64,000 bases of DNA from Acutalibacteraceae bacterium (GTDB taxonomy: Bacteria; Bacillota; Clostridia; Oscillospirales; Acutalibacteraceae), in assembly GCA_045642465.1 (NCBI GenBank), contig JAZUIY010000017.1:9165-73164 (forward strand). The letters are read 5' to 3'. Made by a program: the position numbers and the translations under genes. Each line of letters starts with the position of its first letter. The first letter of the stretch is position 1. The notes under the pieces were generated by a model. It was not told where the DNA came from. It worked only from the letters and a program-made list of their open reading frames with translations, and did no database searches. Below, one piece after another: positions 28,448 through 38,755 of this stretch.

Positions 28448-30226
28448 TTATTTTACACGAAGTGAGGACACAAAATCCACATCAGGTTCCACAATAATGT
28501 CCCAATTTTCATGGTAAATTACCATACCCGGACGACCACCGGCCGGCTTTTTCAAGTGCTTGGCCAAAGTGTAGTCAATGCGAACCTTTTTGTCGGCAGC
28601 AGCGGTGCTGTTTACGGCAGCAATTTGGGCAGCCTCTAAAATGGCTTGGTCGGATACCACACCGTCCTGATTCTGGATAATGACGTGGGAACCGGGGAAG
28701 TCTTTAATGTGGAGCCACATGTCTAGCTTTGCGGCTTTCTTCAAAGAAAGCTGTTCGTTTTGTACGTTGTTACGGCCCACCAAAACTGTAAATCCGTCCG
28801 TGGTCCGGTATTCCATTGGAGGAAGTGCCGCCTGGGTTGGGGCCTTCTTTTTTCTGCCCTGCTTGTCCTTTCCGGAGCGGTCTTTCAAATATCCTCCGGA
28901 AATCAGTTCCTGTTTAATGGCGGAAATATCACGTTCGGTTTCCGCCCGGGACAGGGCATCCAAAACGGTTTCAATATAGGCCAATTCTTCTGCACCGGCG
29001 GTCAACTGTTCTTTCAGTTTCTTCTCGGCGGTGTAGGTCTTACGGTATTCTTTGTAATATTTCTGGGAGTTTTGCGCCGGACTCAAGGCCGGATTCACCG
29101 GAATCCGCATGAGGGCGTTCCCTTCATAATAGTTTTCTAAGTCAAAGTACGGAACCCCTTTGTCCAACCGGAACAGGTTGGCGTTGATGAGTTCTGCAGA
29201 AATCCGAAGGGTTTCCCGGTCGTCGCACTTTTCCAGTTCTGCCCGTTGCAGTTCCATTTTCCGGGCGATTCGTTCCGCCGTAGTATGCAGGAATTTATTC
29301 AAATCTGCAGTGCGGTGGGTCATTCGTTCCATGGAATCCCGCTTGGAATAATATTGATCCAACAGGGCGGACGGGGAGGTAAAGTATTCCCGTTCGGTAC
29401 TTGAGCCATACTGGGTTAGGTCCATAAAGGAAAAGTCAAACGGTTTCCCGTTCAGGTCCTTTACCACACAGTAGGTAAAGGAACCATTCTGCAGCTGTTC
29501 CCGAACATCTAAAAGGGAGAATTCCAATTTGGTGAAATCGGAAATGGTCATGTCGGACATGGCCTTGTCTTCTCCAATGGCACGGTAACTCAGTTCTCTT
29601 GCCACTACCGGGGAAACACCCATAAGAGTATTTAGCAAAGCCCCGGATAAGGTTTTGGTGGAGAAACTGCGCAGACGCACCATGATGTCATCTATGCCGC
29701 CGGTCAGCAGGGACAGCTTGTCCTGCTGTGGAGGCAATTCATAAGGAAGGCCCGGCAAAACCAGGCGCTTGGAGGACTTGGTGAAATCTACCCGCTTTAA
29801 GGCGTCAATGATTTTCCCGTCAGGTCCTACTAAGATGACATTGCTGTATTGGGCCATGATTTCAATAACGAGGGTCAACTTTTCCCGGTCACCCAGTTCG
29901 TTGGTGGCGAAAAAGTCTAAAAAGAGAATTCGGTCGTGGGATTGCTGACGCACTTCCGTGAGGGTGGCACCACCCAAACGCTTGCGGAGTAACATGCAGA
30001 GCATAGGCGGTTTTGCCGGGTTCTCATAGTTGGCCGTTGTCAGGCTAACCCGAGGGCTGTTGGCTCTGGCAGACAGCAAAAGTTTCACCCCGCCAAGTGT
30101 CTTTTGACGGAGTGCAAACACCAGTTCTTCCGAAGAAGGCTGGTACACTTTATCCACTTTTGCCCCTAACAGGGTGGAACGAAGTTCTTCTGCCATGGTG
30201 TGCAGAAAGAGACCATCCAGTGCCAT
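28448..30226 (-). CDS. rqcH: ribosome quality control protein RqcH (NFACT/FbpA family)
   Basis: NFACT-N (DGLFL...), coiled-coil middle region, and NFACT-R with FPGSHV and DYT motifs. Confidence 0.88.
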   Translation of the reverse strand: MALDGLFLHTMAEELRSTLLGAKVDKVYQPSSEELVFALRQKTLGGVKLLLSARANSPRVSLTTANYENPAKPPMLCMLLRKRLGGATLTEVRQQSHDRILFLDFFATNELGDREKLTLVIEIMAQYSNVILVGPDGKIIDALKRVDFTKSSKRLVLPGLPYELPPQQDKLSLLTGGIDDIMVRLRSFSTKTLSGALLNTLMGVSPVVARELSYRAIGEDKAMSDMTISDFTKLEFSLLDVREQLQNGSFTYCVVKDLNGKPFDFSFMDLTQYGSSTEREYFTSPSALLDQYYSKRDSMERMTHRTADLNKFLHTTAERIARKMELQRAELEKCDDRETLRISAELINANLFRLDKGVPYFDLENYYEGNALMRIPVNPALSPAQNSQKYYKEYRKTYTAEKKLKEQLTAGAEELAYIETVLDALSRAETERDISAIKQELISGGYLKDRSGKDKQGRKKKAPTQAALPPMEYRTTDGFTVLVGRNNVQNEQLSLKKAAKLDMWLHIKDFPGSHVIIQNQDGVVSDQAILEAAQIAAVNSTAAADKKVRIDYTLAKHLKKPAGGRPGMVIYHENWDIIVEPDVDFVSSLRVK

Positions 30227-30241
30227 AAGTGTGCCTCGAAT

Positions 30242-31006
30242 TTAACCAATATATTTTACCGGAGCAGACTCCAAGTAAGTGAATTCCAAAGTGGAGAATT
30301 CCTGCTTCAGCAAGGTGAGCAAAACAGGAATGGAAACCGTTTCGGTTTCATAGTGACCGGCAGCTAATAAAGCCACGTCTAAGTCAATGGCGTCTAAGAA
30401 GTCATTGTGCTTGGCGTCTCCGGTAACATAGGCGTCAATGCCGGCTGCCTTTATGTCCGGCAGGAAGCAAGCGCCAGCGCCGCCGCAAACAGCCACGGTC
30501 TGAATGTTCTTTTCGGCAGAAGAAACCCGGACTACCGTGTCCAGGGCGGCAGCTACAATGTCTGCAAACTCTTCTGCAGGAACCGGGGTCTTCAAGGTGC
30601 CGGCCCGCAGCATCTGCACGCCGTTTTCTTCCGGCCCGATTTTATGAATGTCTTCCAGCCCCAGCAACGTGGCCAATACGTCATTGACGCCGCCGTCGGC
30701 TGCATCCCAAGGGGTGTGGACTGCCAGCAGGGCAATGTCGTTTTGAATAGCATAAAAGACAGGACTGTCGGAGTATACCTGCTGTACCGGTGCAAACAGA
30801 ATTGGATGGTGGCTGACCACAAGGTCTGCGCCAAAGGCCTTTGCCTGACGAAGGGTGTCATGGGTCATGTCCAGGCAGACTGCAATTTTCTTGACTTCCT
30901 TGGTTTTATCTCCTACCAGGAAGCCGCTGTTGTCCCAGGATTCCTGGGTGTCAAACGGTGCGAAGGAGTCAATAAAGTTCAAAACATCTGCTACGGTTAC
31001 GCTCAT
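30242..31006 (-). CDS. Nif3-like dinuclear metal center protein (YqfO family)
   Basis: Typical NIF3 sequence (SHHP, GHYETE). Overlaps the trmK stop (ATGA). Confidence 0.88.
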   Translation of the reverse strand: MSVTVADVLNFIDSFAPFDTQESWDNSGFLVGDKTKEVKKIAVCLDMTHDTLRQAKAFGADLVVSHHPILFAPVQQVYSDSPVFYAIQNDIALLAVHTPWDAADGGVNDVLATLLGLEDIHKIGPEENGVQMLRAGTLKTPVPAEEFADIVAAALDTVVRVSSAEKNIQTVAVCGGAGACFLPDIKAAGIDAYVTGDAKHNDFLDAIDLDVALLAAGHYETETVSIPVLLTLLKQEFSTLEFTYLESAPVKYIG

Positions 31007-31686
31007 AAGGACACATCCTTTCTAATGCCGTCTAGAAGGCTTAAAATTGCTGCTTGTTCTTCTGGGTTGGCCCCGCCGGTCCGAAGACCGTTCAGCCGAT
31101 TTTCCAGCCGTTTGAAAACCTGACGGAAATAGGCTTCTTTCAGGGGCGATTCAGTCTTTCCCAAAGCACCTACGTAGTAGGAAACCGGATCTGAAGGGCC
31201 TGGTTCCCCGGTGTAGATGACTTCCATGGCCACATAAATGCGGCCGGTATCTTCACAAAGTTCTTCTCTCAAAATGGAAAAGCCATTTTGGAAAAGGTAT
31301 TCCCGTAAGTCTTCCTGATGAGACTGGGGTTGTAAGACGAAGTGGTTTCCCACTTCTTTGACCCATGGCGAGCGGAGGAAAATGTCAGTAATGAGATTTC
31401 CACCCATGCCTGCCAGGATGAAATTATGAAGACAGCCCGGTGCCAAACTTTGAAAGCCGTCACTGAGCTGCAAGGTTACCTTATCTTCCAGGTGATATTT
31501 TGCAACTGTTTCCTCGGCACGTTGCAGCGGGCCGGGGCGAAGGTCTGCCGCAATGGCAGAAGGTATGCGCCCGGACAGCACAAGATAGGCCGGCACATAG
31601 GCATGGTCTGTACCAATGTCTGCCAGTGGCTGGCCATCTTTTGCCATGGATGCCACCATGGCAAGCCGAGGAGACAGATGAATCAT
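31003..31686 (-). CDS. trmK: tRNA (adenine22-N1)-methyltransferase TrmK
   Basis: DIGTDHAY SAM-binding motif. Conserved trmK-nif3 pairing. Confidence 0.85.
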   Translation of the reverse strand: MIHLSPRLAMVASMAKDGQPLADIGTDHAYVPAYLVLSGRIPSAIAADLRPGPLQRAEETVAKYHLEDKVTLQLSDGFQSLAPGCLHNFILAGMGGNLITDIFLRSPWVKEVGNHFVLQPQSHQEDLREYLFQNGFSILREELCEDTGRIYVAMEVIYTGEPGPSDPVSYYVGALGKTESPLKEAYFRQVFKRLENRLNGLRTGGANPEEQAAILSLLDGIRKDVSL

Positions 31687-31698
31687 GTTCGTTCTTCC

Positions 31699-33060
31699 TT
31701 AGTTCTTCAAGCTCTGAATTGGAGCTGGGATACGACCGCCGCGGGAAATGAACTTGGCCGGAGAAGCGGTGTTAACCGGCATAACCGGTGCGGTGCCGAA
31801 GAGTCCGCCGTAGTCCAGTTCTTCTCCAACGGACTTGCCGATGGCAGGAATGACACGGACAGCGGTGGTCTTGGTGTTGATGAGACCGATGGCTGCTTCG
31901 TCGGCAATAATGCCGGAGATAACTTCCGGAGGAGTGTCTCCAGGAATGGCAATCATGTCCAGACCTACGGAGCAAACTGCGGTCATGGCTTCCAGCTTTT
32001 CAATGCGGAGTCCGCCGGAGCGGGCTGCGGAAATCATGCCTTCGTCTTCGGAAACTGGAATGAAGGCACCGGAAAGGCCACCGATTTGAGAGGAAGCCAT
32101 AACGCCGCCCTTCTTAACGGCATCGTTCAACATGGCCAGACAGGCGGTGGTGCCGGCGCAGCCACATTCTTCCAAGCCCATTTCTTCCAGTACTCTGGCA
32201 ACGGAGTCGCCAACAGCAGGAGTTGGGGCAAGGGACAAGTCTACAATACCGAATGGGGTGTCCAGACGCTTGGAAGCTTCCGAAGCAACGAGCTGACCCA
32301 CACGGGTAATTTTGAAAGCAGTACGTTTTACCATTTCGGCTACTTCGTTAATGGAAGCATCCGGAATTTTTGCCAGGGCAGAGCGAACTACGCCCGGGCC
32401 GGAAACACCGACGTTGATGACGGTGTCAGATTCACCGACGCCGTGGAAGGCACCGGCCATGAATGGGTTGTCTTCTACGGCGTTGCAGAAAACAACAATT
32501 TTGGAAGCGCCGGCGCAGTCTTTGTCTACGGTCTTTTCGGCAGCTTCTTTTACAATGCGGCCCATGAGGGCAACGGCATCCATGTTGATGCCGGCCTTGG
32601 TGGAACCGATGTTAACACTGGAGCAGATGTGGTCGGTAATGGACAGGGCTTCCGGGATAGAGTTGATTAAAGCTTCATCGCCAGCAGCAAAGCCTTTCTG
32701 TACCAGAGCGGAGTAACCGCCCAAGTAGTTGACGCCAACTTCTTTGGCGGCTTTTTCCAGTGCCAGGGCATATTTGACTGGATCCCCTTTGCTGGCACCC
32801 ACCAGCATGGAAATCGGGGTGACAGAAATTCTCTTGTTGATGATTGGAATGCCGTATTCCCGTTCAATGTCTTCCCCGGTACGAACCAATTTTTCAGCCT
32901 TGCGGCAGATTTTGTCGTATACCTTTTCACAGGAAGCATCAATGTTGCTGTCGGCACATTCCAACAGGGAGATACCCATAGTGATGGTACGGATATCCAG
33001 ATTTTCATTTTCGATCATCTGGATGGTTTCCAGAATGTCGGATGTATTCAAGTTAATCAT
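31699..33060 (-). CDS. UPF0210/DUF711 (PFL-like) family protein
   Basis: 453 aa. N-terminal [10 protein letters not shown] motif. Conserved partner of the upstream ACT protein. Confidence 0.85.
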   Translation of the reverse strand: MINLNTSDILETIQMIENENLDIRTITMGISLLECADSNIDASCEKVYDKICRKAEKLVRTGEDIEREYGIPIINKRISVTPISMLVGASKGDPVKYALALEKAAKEVGVNYLGGYSALVQKGFAAGDEALINSIPEALSITDHICSSVNIGSTKAGINMDAVALMGRIVKEAAEKTVDKDCAGASKIVVFCNAVEDNPFMAGAFHGVGESDTVINVGVSGPGVVRSALAKIPDASINEVAEMVKRTAFKITRVGQLVASEASKRLDTPFGIVDLSLAPTPAVGDSVARVLEEMGLEECGCAGTTACLAMLNDAVKKGGVMASSQIGGLSGAFIPVSEDEGMISAARSGGLRIEKLEAMTAVCSVGLDMIAIPGDTPPEVISGIIADEAAIGLINTKTTAVRVIPAIGKSVGEELDYGGLFGTAPVMPVNTASPAKFISRGGRIPAPIQSLKN

Positions 33061-33074
33061 GGAAGTATTTCTCC

Positions 33075-33344
33075 TTAAATGCGATGCATGGAATTGAAGA
33101 TGTCTTCATGCATGGCATGGATGACCAAATTGTTTTCTTCGCCATAGGCCTTAATGCTGTCTGCAAATTCACCAAACGGTAAGGTCAGGTTGGATACGTC
33201 GATGTTCATAATCATAACGAACATTTCGTCCAATACGGTCTGAGAAACGCCGATAATGTTGGCATTCTTGTCTGCACAGAAGGTGGATACTTTAGCGAAG
33301 ATACCTACGGTGTCTTTGCCAACTACGGTTAAAACTGCTTTCAT
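33075..33344 (-). CDS. ACT domain protein (UPF0237)
   Basis: 89 aa, [12 protein letters not shown] signature, immediately upstream of UPF0210. Confidence 0.85.
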   Translation of the reverse strand: MKAVLTVVGKDTVGIFAKVSTFCADKNANIIGVSQTVLDEMFVMIMNIDVSNLTLPFGEFADSIKAYGEENNLVIHAMHEDIFNSMHRI

Positions 33345-33468
33345 GGTTTTTCCTCCAAAATAATGTTCAAACGGATTTAAAGTATTTTACCATAATAGGG
33401 CTACTTTTCATAGAAGTGATTTTCCAAAAAATCCGCCTGAAATCAAGGAAATCTACTGGGCAGAATGA

Positions 33469-33497
33469 TTGAAATAGCGCCTATTTATTGTTAAAAT
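33469..33497 (+). promoter_or_regulatory. sigma-70-like promoter for ispE operon
   Basis: TTGAAA (33469-33474), 17-nt spacer containing TGT, then TAAAAT (33492-33497). Confidence 0.5.
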
Positions 33498-33534
33498 ATA
33501 CTGATATATTGCGTCAGAAAGGAAGTGGCTAAAG

Positions 33535-34410
33535 ATGAAACTTCGCGCCGCCGCCAAAATCAACTTAATGTTGGATATTTTAGGCAGAACGGAAGAGGGG
33601 TACCATACCCTGTTTATGATTATGCAATCCGTGGGTATTTGGGACTACGTTACCTTAGAAAAAACCGGGAAACCGGGCACCATTAGCCTTTCCTGTTCCA
33701 ATGAGGCACTTCCGACAGACCAGCGGAACATTGCTTGGAAGGCTGCCGACCGGTTCTTTCTTGACACCGGCATTGCCAATCCCGGCATTTCCATTCACAT
33801 TGAAAAGCACATTCCGTTTGCAGCAGGCCTGGCCGGAGGCAGCGCAGATGCCGCAGCCGTATTTGTGGGCTTAAATGAGTTGCTTGAAGCAGGCCTGAGC
33901 CAGACCGAGCTCTGTGCCATCGGCGTAAAAACCGGCGCAGATGTGCCGTTCTGTATTCAGGGCGGAACCATGCTGGCCTTAGATATCGGCGGTGTTTTAG
34001 CCCCGCTTCCACCGGTGAACCCGAACTGGTACGTTTTGTGCAAACCGGACCAGGATGTGTCCACCAAAGAAGCCTATGACGCATTTGATACAGCCCCTTA
34101 TGTCCGCCACTTAAACACCAACGGCATGTTGCATGCCATGGTGACCGGCAACGAGGAAGCACAGTTCACCCTCATGGGAAATGTATTTGAACAATTTGTT
34201 GAGGTGCCGGACCGGGTAGCCATTAAGGCCATCATGCGTAAGCACAATGTGTTAGCCCACATGATGAGCGGCAGCGGCCCTACCACGTATGGCGTATACG
34301 CCACCAAGGAAGAAGCCGAGGCCTGTGCCGAAGAATTAAAGAAAAACGACTTTACCAACGTTTATGTATGCCAACCTCAGGCTCAGGGCGTTGAAATCAT
34401 AGAAGGCTGA
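33535..34410 (+). CDS. ispE: 4-diphosphocytidyl-2-C-methyl-D-erythritol kinase
   Basis: GHMP kinase. AKINL N-terminus and PFAAGLAGGSADAAA motif. Confidence 0.9.
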   Translation: MKLRAAAKINLMLDILGRTEEGYHTLFMIMQSVGIWDYVTLEKTGKPGTISLSCSNEALPTDQRNIAWKAADRFFLDTGIANPGISIHIEKHIPFAAGLAGGSADAAAVFVGLNELLEAGLSQTELCAIGVKTGADVPFCIQGGTMLALDIGGVLAPLPPVNPNWYVLCKPDQDVSTKEAYDAFDTAPYVRHLNTNGMLHAMVTGNEEAQFTLMGNVFEQFVEVPDRVAIKAIMRKHNVLAHMMSGSGPTTYGVYATKEEAEACAEELKKNDFTNVYVCQPQAQGVEIIEG

Positions 34411-34436
34411 GTCTTCAGCAGAGAGAGGATAAACCT

Positions 34437-36824
34437 ATGGATTTGAAACAACTCCTAGAGAAAAAAGAGTTGATCCTTCTGGATGGTGCCATGGGCACCG
34501 TCATTCAAAAGAGCGGAGTCACTTTTAACCATGTGCCGGAAACCCTGAATGTGGAAAACCCGGACTTCATGGTTTCCGTTCACAAACAGTATATTGATGC
34601 CGGCTCCGACATAGTGTTTACCAACACCTTTGGGGCCAATGCTTATAAACTTTCTGACTGCGGTTATTCCGTGTCGGAATTGGTACGTTCTGCAGTTTCT
34701 AATGCCAAAAAGGCAGCCGAGGGCACAGACACCTTAGTGGCCTTGGACATTGGCCCAATTGGAAAACTGATGGAGCCGTCCGGGGACATGACCCTGGAAG
34801 AAGCCTATGGCTATTACAAAGAAATGATTTTGGCAGGGGAAGAGGCAGATTTGATTGCCTTCGAAACCATGACAGATTTACTGGAACTGAAAGCCGGTGT
34901 ACTGGCTGCCAAGGAAAATAGTGACAAACCAATTCTCTGTAGCATGTCCTATGAACTGACTGGTAGAACCTTTACCGGGGTAGCACCGTCTGCAGAAGCC
35001 CTGACCTTAGCCGGCCTCGGCGTAGATGCCTTGGGCGTGAACTGCTCTGTGGGTCCAAAGGATTTGCTTCCAATGGTGAAGGAACTGTCAGAGTTCACCA
35101 CGTTGCCACTGCTGATTAAGCCAAATGCAGGCCTGCCGGATCCGGCTACCAACGAATATGACATTGACCCGAAGCAGTTTGCAAAGCAGGTATTGGAACT
35201 GTTGCCATACGGTGCCAAGTTCATTGGCGGCTGCTGTGGCACCAATCCGGAATACATTGCCACTTTGGCTGCTGCGGTAGCAGATCAAACGTATACCAAA
35301 GCCCAGGGCTTTAGTGGCACTGCCGTTTCCAGCCCAAGCAAAACCCTTCGGATTGACCGCCCAACCATCATTGGGGAACGCATCAATCCAACCGGAAAAA
35401 AGAAAATGCAGGCTGCCTTATTAGAAGGCGACCTAGACTATATTTTAGGCATGGCCAAGGAAGAAATTCAGGGCGGTGCTGAAATCATCAATGTGAATGT
35501 AGGCCATCCGGGTGTGGATGAAGTGGAACTGCTTCCAAAACTCATCCGAAAACTGCAGGGTGTTTGTGACTTGCCTTTGATGATTGATACCACCAATCCG
35601 AAGGCCATGGAAGCAGCCCTTCGTGCTTATAATGGCAAGGCCATTGTGAACTCGGTCAACGGGGAAGAAGAAAAGCTTTCTACCATTTTGCCATTGGTGG
35701 CAAAGTATGGCGCTTGTGTGGTTGGCCTTACATTGAATGAAGATGGCATTCCAGATACAGCAGAAGGCCGTCTTGCCATTGCCAAGCGCATTGTGGACCG
35801 GGCTGCCACTTATGGCATTCCAAAAGAAGATGTCTTCATTGACTGCCTGACTTTGACCATTTCTGCGGAACCGACTGCAGCCGAGGTAACCGTTGACGCT
35901 GTGAAACTGGTGAAGGAAAAACTGGGATGTAAAACCATTTTGGGTGTTTCCAATATTTCCTTTGGTTTGCCAAACCGCGGCCTGGTGAACCGGACTTTCT
36001 TGAGCCTGGCTTTGGGTGCCGGTTTGGATTTCCCAATTATCAACCCGAACATGGGTGAAATGACCGATGTGGTCCGCGCCTTCCGTGTACTGAATCAGAC
36101 GGATGCCGGTGCCAATGAATATATTGACTTTTATAAAGAAGTCAAAGCATCCAGCCAGCCGGCTGCTGCGCCAAAAGAAATCAACAATATCTTGGATGCC
36201 GTGTATAACGGCTTAAAGACCGAGGCTGCAAAAGCCACGGAACAGATGTTGGAGAACACCCCATCTATGGTTATCATCAATGACCACCTCATTCCTGCTT
36301 TGGATAAAGTAGGGGAGGACTACGAGCGGGGCGAACTGTTCCTGCCACAGCTCATTCAGAGTGCAGATGCCGCACAGGCCTGCTTTGACGTGCTGAAGAA
36401 GAATATGGATGATTCTTCGGACAGCACCATGAGTAAGGGAACCGTTATTTTGGCCACCGTAAAAGGGGATATCCACGACATTGGGAAAAACATTGTCAAA
36501 GTGCTCTTGGAAAATTACGGTTACACCGTTTTGGACCTGGGTAAAGACGTAGACCCAGAAGTAGTAGTGGCAACCGCTGTGAAGGAAGACGTTGTGGCAG
36601 TAGGCCTTTCCGCCTTAATGACCACCACGCTGCCAAGTATGAAAGAAACCATTGCACTGCTGCGCGCAGAACCGGCACTACAGAATGCCGACGGTACCAG
36701 CAAGGTAACCATCATGGTGGGCGGTGCAGTTTTAACCGAAGAATATGCTATGCAAATTGGGGCAGACTACTATTGTAAGGATGCCAAAGAAACCGTAGAC
36801 CGCTGTAAAGTAATCTTCGGATAA
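34437..36824 (+). CDS. metH: cobalamin-dependent methionine synthase, short form lacking the reactivation (AdoMet-binding) domain
   Basis: Hcy S-methyltransferase domain (GGCCGT), pterin-binding domain, B12 cap, and B12-binding DxHxxG (GDIHDIGKN) with SALMTTT. Ends at 795 aa. Confidence 0.9.
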   Translation: MDLKQLLEKKELILLDGAMGTVIQKSGVTFNHVPETLNVENPDFMVSVHKQYIDAGSDIVFTNTFGANAYKLSDCGYSVSELVRSAVSNAKKAAEGTDTLVALDIGPIGKLMEPSGDMTLEEAYGYYKEMILAGEEADLIAFETMTDLLELKAGVLAAKENSDKPILCSMSYELTGRTFTGVAPSAEALTLAGLGVDALGVNCSVGPKDLLPMVKELSEFTTLPLLIKPNAGLPDPATNEYDIDPKQFAKQVLELLPYGAKFIGGCCGTNPEYIATLAAAVADQTYTKAQGFSGTAVSSPSKTLRIDRPTIIGERINPTGKKKMQAALLEGDLDYILGMAKEEIQGGAEIINVNVGHPGVDEVELLPKLIRKLQGVCDLPLMIDTTNPKAMEAALRAYNGKAIVNSVNGEEEKLSTILPLVAKYGACVVGLTLNEDGIPDTAEGRLAIAKRIVDRAATYGIPKEDVFIDCLTLTISAEPTAAEVTVDAVKLVKEKLGCKTILGVSNISFGLPNRGLVNRTFLSLALGAGLDFPIINPNMGEMTDVVRAFRVLNQTDAGANEYIDFYKEVKASSQPAAAPKEINNILDAVYNGLKTEAAKATEQMLENTPSMVIINDHLIPALDKVGEDYERGELFLPQLIQSADAAQACFDVLKKNMDDSSDSTMSKGTVILATVKGDIHDIGKNIVKVLLENYGYTVLDLGKDVDPEVVVATAVKEDVVAVGLSALMTTTLPSMKETIALLRAEPALQNADGTSKVTIMVGGAVLTEEYAMQIGADYYCKDAKETVDRCKVIFG

Positions 36825-36856
36825 CCAAGCTAAAATTTAGGGAAGGAGGCAATAAG

Positions 36857-38140
36857 ATGAAGTATGTTTGGGAACGCTTCAAAGAAGAGTTTTCTCACTT
36901 TAATGACCATTTTCTGGTGTACCTGAAATGGCTCTCGGTTTCCCTCATCTTGGGTGCCATCATGGGCTTAATTGCCACTGCTTTTTACTATTGCCTCAAT
37001 TGGGCCACCGCCTATAGAGAAGACCATGGATACCTTATTTGGCTGTTGCCAATTGCCGGTTTAGTCATTGCTCTAATGTACCGGCTCTTTGACAAAAGCC
37101 CAAAAAACAGTGAGAACAAGGGCACCAATATGGCCCTGGCCGCCGTCAATTCTGACGAACAGGTATCGGCCCGCATGACACCCCTCATTTTTATTTCCAG
37201 TATTTTGTCTCACCTGTTCGGTGCATCTGTTGGCCGTGAAGGTGCTGCCCTGCAAATGGGGGCCAGCATTGGCTCAACCTTTGCCCGGATTTTCAAATTC
37301 AAAGAAGATGACACCAAGGTGCTGATTATGACCGGCATGGCAGGCGCCTTTGCCGCCCTGTTCGGTGCACCGGTTACCGCTGCCATTTTCTCCATTGAAG
37401 TCATCAGCGTCGGCGTCATGTACTACGCCGCATTGGTGCCTTGCATTACTTCCGCTTTAACGGCCATTTCTTTGGCCAAGTTTTTGGGGGTTCAATACCC
37501 GGAATTCCAGATTCCTGTCATTCCGGAATTCACCCCGTTTACTGCCGGCATGACCACGCTACTGGGGGTAGGCTGCGCCGTGCTCAGCATTGGCGTTTGC
37601 ATGACTCTGATTGTCACCGAAAAGTTTATGAATACGGTATTTAACAATACCTACATTCGGATTTTCGTTGCCGGTACAATGATTAGCATTCTAACCGCCA
37701 TTGTGGGCAGCCAGGACTACAACGGTCTCGGCGCAGGCGTCATCTTCGCCTCCGTCTTAGGCCAGACCGTTTGGTATGCCTTCTTACTGAAACTGTTATT
37801 CACCGCCATTTCTCTGGCCGGTGGGTACCGGGGCGGTGAAATTGTCCCATCCCTGTTTATTGGTGCCACCTTTGGCTGTATGGCTGCCCCACTCATCGGC
37901 ATGCCGGCCGGCCTCTGTGCAGCCCTCGGCATGATTGCCGTGTTCTGCGGTGTGACCAATTCGCCAATTGCCTCCTTCATCATGGGGGTAGAGTTGTTCC
38001 ACGGACAGGGTGGTTGGTTCTTCGCCATTGTGGTAGCAGTCAGCTACATGCTGTCCGGCTACTATGGCATTTATAAGAGCCAGTTAATTGTCTATTCCAA
38101 ATATAGAAACGCTTATGTACGGAGAAAAATTCTTCGTTAA
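36857..38140 (+). CDS. ClC-family voltage-gated chloride channel/antiporter homolog
   Basis: About 10-12 TM. GREGA (gating Glu context) and GAPVTAAIF motifs. Confidence 0.85.
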   Translation: MKYVWERFKEEFSHFNDHFLVYLKWLSVSLILGAIMGLIATAFYYCLNWATAYREDHGYLIWLLPIAGLVIALMYRLFDKSPKNSENKGTNMALAAVNSDEQVSARMTPLIFISSILSHLFGASVGREGAALQMGASIGSTFARIFKFKEDDTKVLIMTGMAGAFAALFGAPVTAAIFSIEVISVGVMYYAALVPCITSALTAISLAKFLGVQYPEFQIPVIPEFTPFTAGMTTLLGVGCAVLSIGVCMTLIVTEKFMNTVFNNTYIRIFVAGTMISILTAIVGSQDYNGLGAGVIFASVLGQTVWYAFLLKLLFTAISLAGGYRGGEIVPSLFIGATFGCMAAPLIGMPAGLCAALGMIAVFCGVTNSPIASFIMGVELFHGQGGWFFAIVVAVSYMLSGYYGIYKSQLIVYSKYRNAYVRRKILR

Positions 38141-38161
38141 TCTACATCAAGGAGAAATCAT

Positions 38162-38755
38162 ATGAGTTATTACATTACCATCAGCCGTCAGTATGGCTGT
38201 GGTGGCCGCTTGGTAGGGAAGGCACTGGCTGAAAAGCTGGGAATCCCTTATTACGACAGAGACGGCATTGTGGATTTAATTGCAGAAGACTGTGGCCTTG
38301 CCAGAGAATCTGTATTAAGCCTGATGGACCGACGCACTTCCAGCTTGCTTTATGACATGGTGACCTTTGGGCCAAGCAACCCGTTGGAGGATCAGGTGTT
38401 CCTGTCCAAAACCAGAGTCATTAACCGTTTGGCAGACCAGGGCTCCTGCGTCATTGTAGGAAGCTGTGCCGACTACGTACTGAGAGACCGGGGAAACCTG
38501 CTAAAAGTCTTTCTTTATGGCAGTACTGAAACCAGATTGGAACGAGCTACATCGCTCTACGGTGACAAAGAAACCGTTTCCGAAAACAAATTGAAGGCCA
38601 TTGATAAAAAGCGTGCCGACTACTATAAATTCTTCACTTCCACCAAGTGGGGAAGCCGGGAAAATTATGACCTCCTGCTCAATACCGATTTGGGCATTGA
38701 TGAAGTTGCCACTGTGTTGGAACGGATTGCAAGAGCCAGTGTGGAGGGGAAATAA
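38162..38755 (+). CDS. cytidylate kinase-like family protein (function unknown)
   Basis: 197 aa. ITISRQYGCGGR P-loop-like N-terminus typical of the Cytidylate_kin2 family. Confidence 0.75.
   Translation: MSYYITISRQYGCGGRLVGKALAEKLGIPYYDRDGIVDLIAEDCGLARESVLSLMDRRTSSLLYDMVTFGPSNPLEDQVFLSKTRVINRLADQGSCVIVGSCADYVLRDRGNLLKVFLYGSTETRLERATSLYGDKETVSENKLKAIDKKRADYYKFFTSTKWGSRENYDLLLNTDLGIDEVATVLERIARASVEGK

Noticed and set aside
31342-32670. 442-aa ORF on the + strand, the longest unannotated ORF in the track
   Set aside because: It lies entirely antisense to the well-supported UPF0210 and trmK genes. Its translation is low-complexity (Gly/Asn/Ala/Val rich) with no motif and no RBS. This is typical of a stop-poor antisense frame in genes with biased third-position composition.
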